Assembly (NCBI GenBank): GCA_964016885.1 | Contig: OZ024750.1 | Location: forward strand, 47,802,001 to 47,866,000 | Source: Eledone cirrhosa | Lineage: Eukaryota | Direction of reading: 5' to 3' | Length of the DNA: 64,000 nt | Shown: positions 56,407-64,000 of the stretch, piece after piece | How positions within the stretch are numbered: the first letter of the stretch is position 1 | Layout: every line of letters starts with the position of its first letter | The notes under the pieces: generated by a model | What the model was told of the DNA's origin: nothing | Databases searched by the model: none | The model's input: only the letters and a program-made list of their open reading frames with translations | Program-made: the position numbers and the translations under genes

Positions 56407-59400
56407 ATAAATCAAGAAAGAAGAGTGACACGGTTTGCTGTACAATAATGGCTTTAATCACATTGCTGATAATTGTTTCTCTGAACTGGTAGGTCTAGAG
56501 ATCGCTACCCGCCTGTTTTTGCGTCAATCGAACCCCACACTCGTTGCCTTTGAGCTGGATCTTATGAATAAGATAATTGGAACTAAATTCAAAAAAAGAA
56601 CACACCACAACAAATTACAAAAAGACATCAATACACTACTAAAAAAACTAAAATACACCAACGGTGTGATAGTAAATGCAGACAACACATCAAACGTATG
56701 TTTTATGAACCTTGACACATACAATAATTTCATTCAGTGTGAACTACACAAAAAATACAAAAACAACAAATGAATCCACACTCACCAGCATTAACGTGCA
56801 GGGTCTTAGGATTGTAAATAAACTCGGAATATCCGTTAGAACCGAGCAACTAACCCCATGCAACCCCACATTTAACGTTAAGGATCACAAAAATAATTTT
56901 GAAACAAATCCTACTATCAGATTAATATGCCCATCTAAGTCGGATATAGGTAAAATTAGCAAGAATATTCTAGATAGGGTAATCGCACAAATAAATGGAA
57001 AACTAGAAATCAATTGATGGCGTAACACTAACGAGGCGATAGAATGGTTCAATAAAATAAGAAATAGAGAGACATGTAACTTCATACAATTCGATATAAA
57101 CGATTACTATGCGTCCATGTCCCCAGCCACCCTAGATAAAGCGCTTATATTTCCCCAAAGAAACTCCGATCTTACCCTTGATGAAATTGAAATAATAATA
57201 GCGGCCAAGACTATCATAAAATTGGAAAATAGCTACTGGGTATGAAAAGATAGGATAAACAGCTTCGACATCACAATGGGATCGAATGACTCAGCGCAAA
57301 TCACTGACGTATTGGGGTTATTTATAGCACACAACCTACATAAAGTATTCAGTAAGAGATGACACGCTCCGTATAGCTAGGAACGTAAATAACCAGAACA
57401 TGGAAAAATTAAGAAAAAACATTAGAACATTCTTCAAAAAACTAGGCCTAAATATTAGCTACGAACTGAATCATAAAAAGGCAAACTTTCTAGATGTGAC
57501 TCTAAATCTAAATACGGGATTAATAGAACCCTTCCACAAACATAATGAGAATCTGGCCTACGTTAGTTATAATTCAAACCACCCTAGATACATAATCAGA
57601 TCCATAGCACGTAGTATATCCCTTAGAATGTCCCACTTATCCTCAAACCTAGAAAGTTTTAATGAACAGCTAACTATTATAACGCCGCATTACATAGGGC
57701 CGGACACAAAGAAAAGCTGCAGTTTATAACGGATAAGGACGACTCAAACAAACTTGCTAACACTGCCACCAACCTCTCACACAAAAATAGAGGTAACAGG
57801 ACTAAACATAGATTTAGGCACGTAGCACATAGAGTAAGTGGTCCAAACACCAATAATGTAAACCCTAGAATCAAAAGAATAATTGGAGAAAGAAAATATC
57901 TGTGGTTGAATCAAATCTTCAACTCCTCTGTAAAATCTAGACTGCCTTCTACGTTCTTTAAACTAATAGATAAACACTTCCCTATATCACATAGGTATCA
58001 TAAAATCCTCAGTAGAAAAACTATAAAACTCTCATACTCTACGGCTGCAAATATAGAATCCCAAATACGCAAGATCAACCACAGACATACATCTAGGGAA
58101 ACCGCCCCACCTATGCGCAACATTGCACCAAATTCTAAACATAAACACATCACAGTATCGCAACTGCAAACGCATACAACCACAGAGCAGCATAACCTCA
58201 ATGAGCACGAATCACAACGCACGTATAGCAGTGTACAAAACAGTAGTGTGGAAGCTGCACGAAATAACACCCCAAACTGCAATTGTCACCTACCAGATAG
58301 GTGCCCATTGGCGAACAGATGCCTTGATTCGAGCCTAGTGTATATGTGTGCGGGGAACTCGGGCAACTCCACTTGGCATTATATTGGATCCACCGCGGGT
58401 ACTTAAAAAAAGATATGGTATGTGCACAGACATTCGATGAAGAACCGTGCACTAATAGGTTCTACAACTCTCGCCAAAACAATCTGGAAACTTAAGGACA
58501 ATAACATCAACTACAATATCAACTGGTCGAGGTTGTCGGCCACAAGGGCATATACTAGCGGCATGTCTTATTGTAGGCTCTACGACCTTGAATTACTGTA
58601 TATCCTTAGGAATGAAAAAAGGCTACTCAACAAAACGATAGAAAAGTCAATTTTCTGCTGACACAGGATCGCTACTAAATTCACAAGATGTAAGCCACCG
58701 TGAATCGAACCAACATATCTCACACTGACCACCACAGAACTATAATATTATTTATGCAGCTTCTAGCCTCCTTAATTTTATACCACAGTAATGTCTGCTA
58801 ATATTTTATCAACCCATAAATATATATGTTCTCAGCTGCTGTCAACACAACTTCCTCACACTTGATTCTCAACAGATGAACCTAAATCCAAGTACAGGTC
58901 GATAAAATAAAGTACCAGTAATGTACTAGGGTTAAAGTTGGCCTTATGCCAAAAATAGAAACAATTATTAGAATTCTAACACAGTCCGTAAAACATCACC
59001 TTCCTCCTGTTGTTATAATTGTAGTCAGCATGTTTTCTCTATATACATATATTGCTTCCTTAACCTCTGTATTAACTTACCTATTATATTGCTACTCTGT
59101 TAGTGTTATCTTATACATACATGTTATTGATGATGTGAAAGCTAAACAACCCCATAATTCTAACTAACAATCCCTTCATCTAATATATACCACATAAATA
59201 TTGAATCCGCTTTACCCCACATACAAATTACTATCCTCACTACAATGAAAATATTTTATCTATCAGAAAATAAATAATTCTTACTGCCAGCAAACCTACG
59301 GTAAAGGAAATTGTCATTGTTTAAAGCCACGGCACTATATATAATACACCACATGACATCTTGTACATGTCAATTTCATACATATGCCTCATATTAGCTT

Positions 59401-59725
59401 GTTTTACATGCTAAAGTCATAAGTATACTCTATGTCTTACTTAGATTGATGTGATTATTTCAACTAATTTACTGGTAGCATTGTTAGTATTGTTGTTATT
59501 GTTCTAATTTAATGCCACGACTATATATAGAAGCCATGCCTGTGTATTCCCTTCATTCTCGCAAGTTCTGATGAATTGACTGGTTATAACTATGTATTGG
59601 TGATCGATTGACGCAGAAACAGGCGGGTAGCGATCTCTAGACATACCAGTTCAGAGAAACAATTGTCAGCAATGTAATTGAAGCCCTTATTGTATAGCAA
59701 ACCGTGTCACTCTTCTTTCTTGATT

Positions 59726-59728
<3 letters not shown>
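56407..59728 (+). mobile_element. Degenerate Penelope-like element with inverted terminal pLTR segments (56407-56531 / 59604-59728)
   Basis: KDHK..PTIRLICPSKS, QFDINDYYAS, ITMGSNDS, RDD, NFLDVTL, CNC..CPL..C, VY..YIGST, CRL..LLNK; stops and frameshifts; 5'-truncated SINE A in the 3'UTR at 58897-58970. Confidence 0.93.
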
Positions 59729-60240
<512 letters not shown>

Positions 60241-60243
60241 TTA

Positions 60244-60322
60244 TTTTTAATATGATATCCCTGAAATATATATAATGAAATAAATATGGTTTTATAAATA
60301 TAATTTCCATTTATTTAATATC

Positions 60323-60370
<48 letters not shown>

Positions 60371-60822
60371 GATATTAAATAAATGGAAATTATATTTATA
60401 AAACCATATTTATTTCATTATATATATTTCAGGGATATCATATTAAAAATATGTTATGCCTTCTTCAGACAAAATACAATATAAACAGTCTTATAAATAG
60501 ATAGATTCGACATACCCTTTCAACATCGACTTGCATTTGAAAAGTTGATTTGGTAGTACAAATATTATGGACAGTTGTAAAAAGAAAGAAAGAAAGAAAA
60601 ATATATAGAGAGAGGAAAAAAAAGAAAAATATATAGAGAGAGGAAAAAAAAGAAAGATATATAGAGAGAGGAAAAAAAATATAGGGAGAGAGATAGAGAG
60701 AGAAAGAGAGAGAGAGAAGAGAGAGATAGAGAGAGAACATATAGAGAGATAGATATAGATAGAGATAGAGAGAAAGAAACTAGGTAGCTGAGCACCAGTT
60801 GAATGACGTATCAATGATACAT

Positions 60823-60861
<39 letters not shown>

Positions 60862-62237
60862 GCTCTAGTATTAATGTAGAGAGAGATATATGTGGTTAGG
60901 AGAGTCAAAAGCAAACATGATGCTTATAATAAACTTGACAATATATTGTCGATTAACTTTAAAGGGCTGATCTCTGTGGTGGATTTGCGGGGCATACTAT
61001 GTTTTATTTTTTAATATTTTTTAATATTTTTTAATATTTTTTAATATTTTTTAACATTTTTAATATTTTTATTCTTAATATTTTTAGTTTTCTGTCTATT
61101 TATGTTTTGTTTCTGATATTTTTTTATTATTTTATTATTTTATTATTTTATTAATGTATTGGTGTCTGTTCTCTATTTCTGCTTGAACGATGGTCATGTA
61201 GAGTAAAGACAAGAATAGTATTGTTAAAATTAATATAGACTCTATATATATATGTGTGTACACATATATGTATACTAGAATTTTTATAGCACAATGAGAA
61301 TGTTTTCGTGTGAAATAGGAATTTGCAGAGCTGATCACGTAAATTCACATGTTTATAGTATTGAATATGGGATAACCTTCTATTTTATCTCGGCTCTGGT
61401 GTGGACCTATGGATTTTTAAACTAGACATATGATCATTATTTTTCACACATTATAGATACGTGTCTCATTCATGAATACTGATATTTACATTATAATGCC
61501 TGTTTTATACGATGAAACATAGTGTTTTAAATCTGCCTCGTTTATGTCTGGTTATTTTTCTTTTTTCTCTCTATATAACGGCTGTTTACTCTCCTAACCA
61601 CATATATCTCTCTTTACATTAATACTAGACCTAAATAAATAAATAAATAAATGTATCATTGATACGTCATTCAACTGGTGCTCAACTACCTAGTTTCTTT
61701 CTCTCTATCTCTATCTATATCTATCTCTCTATATTTTCTCTCACTATCTCTCTCTTCTCTCTCTCTCTTTCTCTCTCTATCTATCTCCCTATATTTTTTT
61801 TTCTCCTCTCTCTATATCTCTCTCTCTGTTTCTTTACATGAATTTCTTCTCTCTATCTATCTTTCTATCTCTCTCTATTTAGTTGCATGCATTTCTTCTT
61901 TTTCTTCGTTTTTCTTTCTTTCTTTCTTTCTTTCTTTTTACAACTGTCCATAATATTTGTACTACCAAATCAACTTTTCAAATGCAAGTCGATGTTGAAA
62001 GGGTATGTCGAATCTATCTATTTATAAGACTGTTTATATTGTATTTTGTCTGAAGAAGGCATAACACATTTTTAATATGATATCCCTGAAATATATATAA
62101 TGAAATAAATATGGTTTTATAAATATAATTTCCATTTATTTAATATCGTAAATATACTCCAAATACTTGTTGAGTGCTTTTATATCAGTTATAAATATTT
62201 ACTCGTTGTAACCCAACAATTTAAATATAACTTTCCA
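60244..62237 (+). mobile_element. Large fold-back pLTR structure: ~540-bp inverted arms 60370-60912 / 61580-62148, tail to 62237, extra arm 60244-60325; HHRs at 60411-60476 (-) and 62042-62107 (+)
   Basis: Arms translate to the same MIRHSTGAQLPSFF.. on opposite strands; tattttgt-CTGAAGA-agg..cct-GAAA-tatata-TA-atgaaata. Confidence 0.9.
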
Positions 62238-62251
62238 TATATATATATATT

Positions 62252-62334
<83 letters not shown>

Positions 62335-63144
62335 AGGTATGTGTGTGTGCGTGTGTGTAATGCATGCTCCTAAACGTTATTTTGTCTACAAAATTTCGAA
62401 CTTGGGAATTTTGGGAAGACTGTCAGACAATGATAGCAGTGTCTGCTGTTAAACTGTTATATATTTTGCGATATTTTCTTAAGATTATTAATTTTAAAAT
62501 GGATTAATATTATACATTAAATATATTTCCTCACATCTTTTCCAGAAATGCTGAGATATAATTTCGAAAGTCTATACTAGATTTTGTGTGATCTTTCTTT
62601 TTTCTTCTTTTTTTCCCCAGTTAATTGTCTTTTCACATCAGGCGTAATTTAAATTAAATAGATTTCAAAGAAAATTTTAACAAACACAATCTTAAATAAT
62701 TTAAAGTTATTTTGTTTGCAGACGTTACGTTTATCAATAATCTAATACGAATATCAATAATTTCATTTAAACGTTTTTAATTACTGAAAACATTTAGTTG
62801 TTAATTAAGCCTCCACCCCTGCAAACGAGATTGTCTCAGAATTTAAATTAGGATTACTAAAAGAAATCGATGGAAAAATATCGCTAAAATATTGGAATCA
62901 CTTCCAAGATAATGTTCTCTTAAATCATGTGTGAATCTATTTGATAACAGGTGATCATATGGTTAGTGTCAGGAATGTTATTGGCTGTAAGACATTGCCT
63001 CGGAAAAGATGCAATGTTTGATAGGTAAGCTCACATAGTATTCCAATCGGTACATCCTTAGTGCAATTTACCATGAGCGGAATTCAAACCATAACAATTT
63101 AAAATTTATCTTTAGATTGTATGAGATGAAATAATGGTATTCAA

Positions 63145-64000
63145 CTAATGTAATGGTACGCGATGGGGCCCACCCACAGCCCCGGCTGACAGAATGGAGA
63201 AGGCGTTTCCCCTGTGGACGGCATGGGAGACGCGCTGGAAAAGCCACTGCAACTCGCGGGGCTCACGCCTACGGCTGTCCAGCTCAGCGCCTATGGTGGT
63301 GAGTAAGGAGGTAGCCCTGGAGCCGAGGACACCAGAAGTTTCCACTGCCAGGGGAACGACCGCAAACCTGTCTGAGAGCGACCGGTATTTGAGGAGTTCG
63401 GCCCCCTCATCCCGACGTGCAGCAGAACCTGGCTCAGTCGCAGACTGCACCAGGTTGCGGCTTCAGAAAATGTCGGTGCAAGTGGCATCCCAGACGAAGG
63501 GTTTTCCACCGCGGAACGGGAATGGTCATGCCATCTGGCCTTTTGCCGTCCCCTCGATCCAGCCCCACCGGCTCGAGCTGGGAAGGGAAGACTGCAGCGT
63601 CCAAGCCATGCTTAATAACCTCGTTGAGGGCAGTATGGCGTGGAATGTGGCCGGCACTGTGGCGACAGGGAAGCGGGTGGAGGCCGAAAGAGTCCACGGT
63701 GGAACCGCAGCGACATTGGTGTGGCTGGCAGATCGGGAGGCCGAGCCTCAGGGAAACGCCGATTCGCAGGCTATGGTTGTCTAGCTGTGTGCAAGTGGAG
63801 AAGGAGGGCAGAGCATGGAACCAGGCACAACTATGGGGTTTGGAGGCCGCACGAAAACAGGCAAGGCGGTGCTGGTCGAGCTGGCGTGTGAGCATGCCTG
63901 AGGCCAGTCTGCACTGCATGGGGGGATTTTACGTCAACATGGGGAGAAGGAGGATGTACGTCTACTGGGCTAAGTCCTAGCGGGTCCCACGTCTCACAGG
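63145..64000 (-). mobile_element. CRE-like non-LTR retrotransposon C-terminus (CCHC knuckle + restriction-like endonuclease), disrupted
   Basis: AWFHALP..LRLGLPI..CRCG..GLHPLPC..RH..EP.GL..DGKRPDG..VWDATCTD..K.YR..VPLAVETSG.LG..QRVS.AV.RGNA; frameshift near 63520 and in-frame TGA; abruptly GC-rich. Confidence 0.85.

Noticed and set aside
63194-63980. Plus-strand ORFs of 196 and 187 aa
   Set aside because: Antisense shadows of the GC-rich CRE-like coding sequence

Overview
AT-rich, repeat-saturated eukaryotic DNA with no confidently identifiable host gene. The SINE types and the very high (TA)n density suggest an octopod cephalopod, which is an inference. Most ORFs in the track are microsatellite translation artefacts. 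Supported content: (1) several degenerate Penelope-like retroelements (PLEs; RT + GIY-YIG) and many short pseudo-LTR (pLTR) remnants sitting in (TA)n tracts. (2) About 17 type I hammerhead-ribozyme (HHR) motifs read by eye from roughly 10 distinct sequence families; many have a palindromic stem III and two families have an unusually long stem II. (3) A recurrent fold-back architecture: (TA)n - inverted arm - truncated element - tail - (TA)n. (4) Two families of tRNA-derived SINEs, several copies with TSDs. (5) A 1-kb non-autonomous Helitron, RTE-type LINE fragments (one with a twin-priming inversion) and the 3' end of a CRE-like RLE retrotransposon. (6) A ~4.5-kb (GGT)n minisatellite with higher-order structure that reads on the minus strand as a chain of TAATG-linked proline-rich ORFs. 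All structures were folded by eye; no searches were run.
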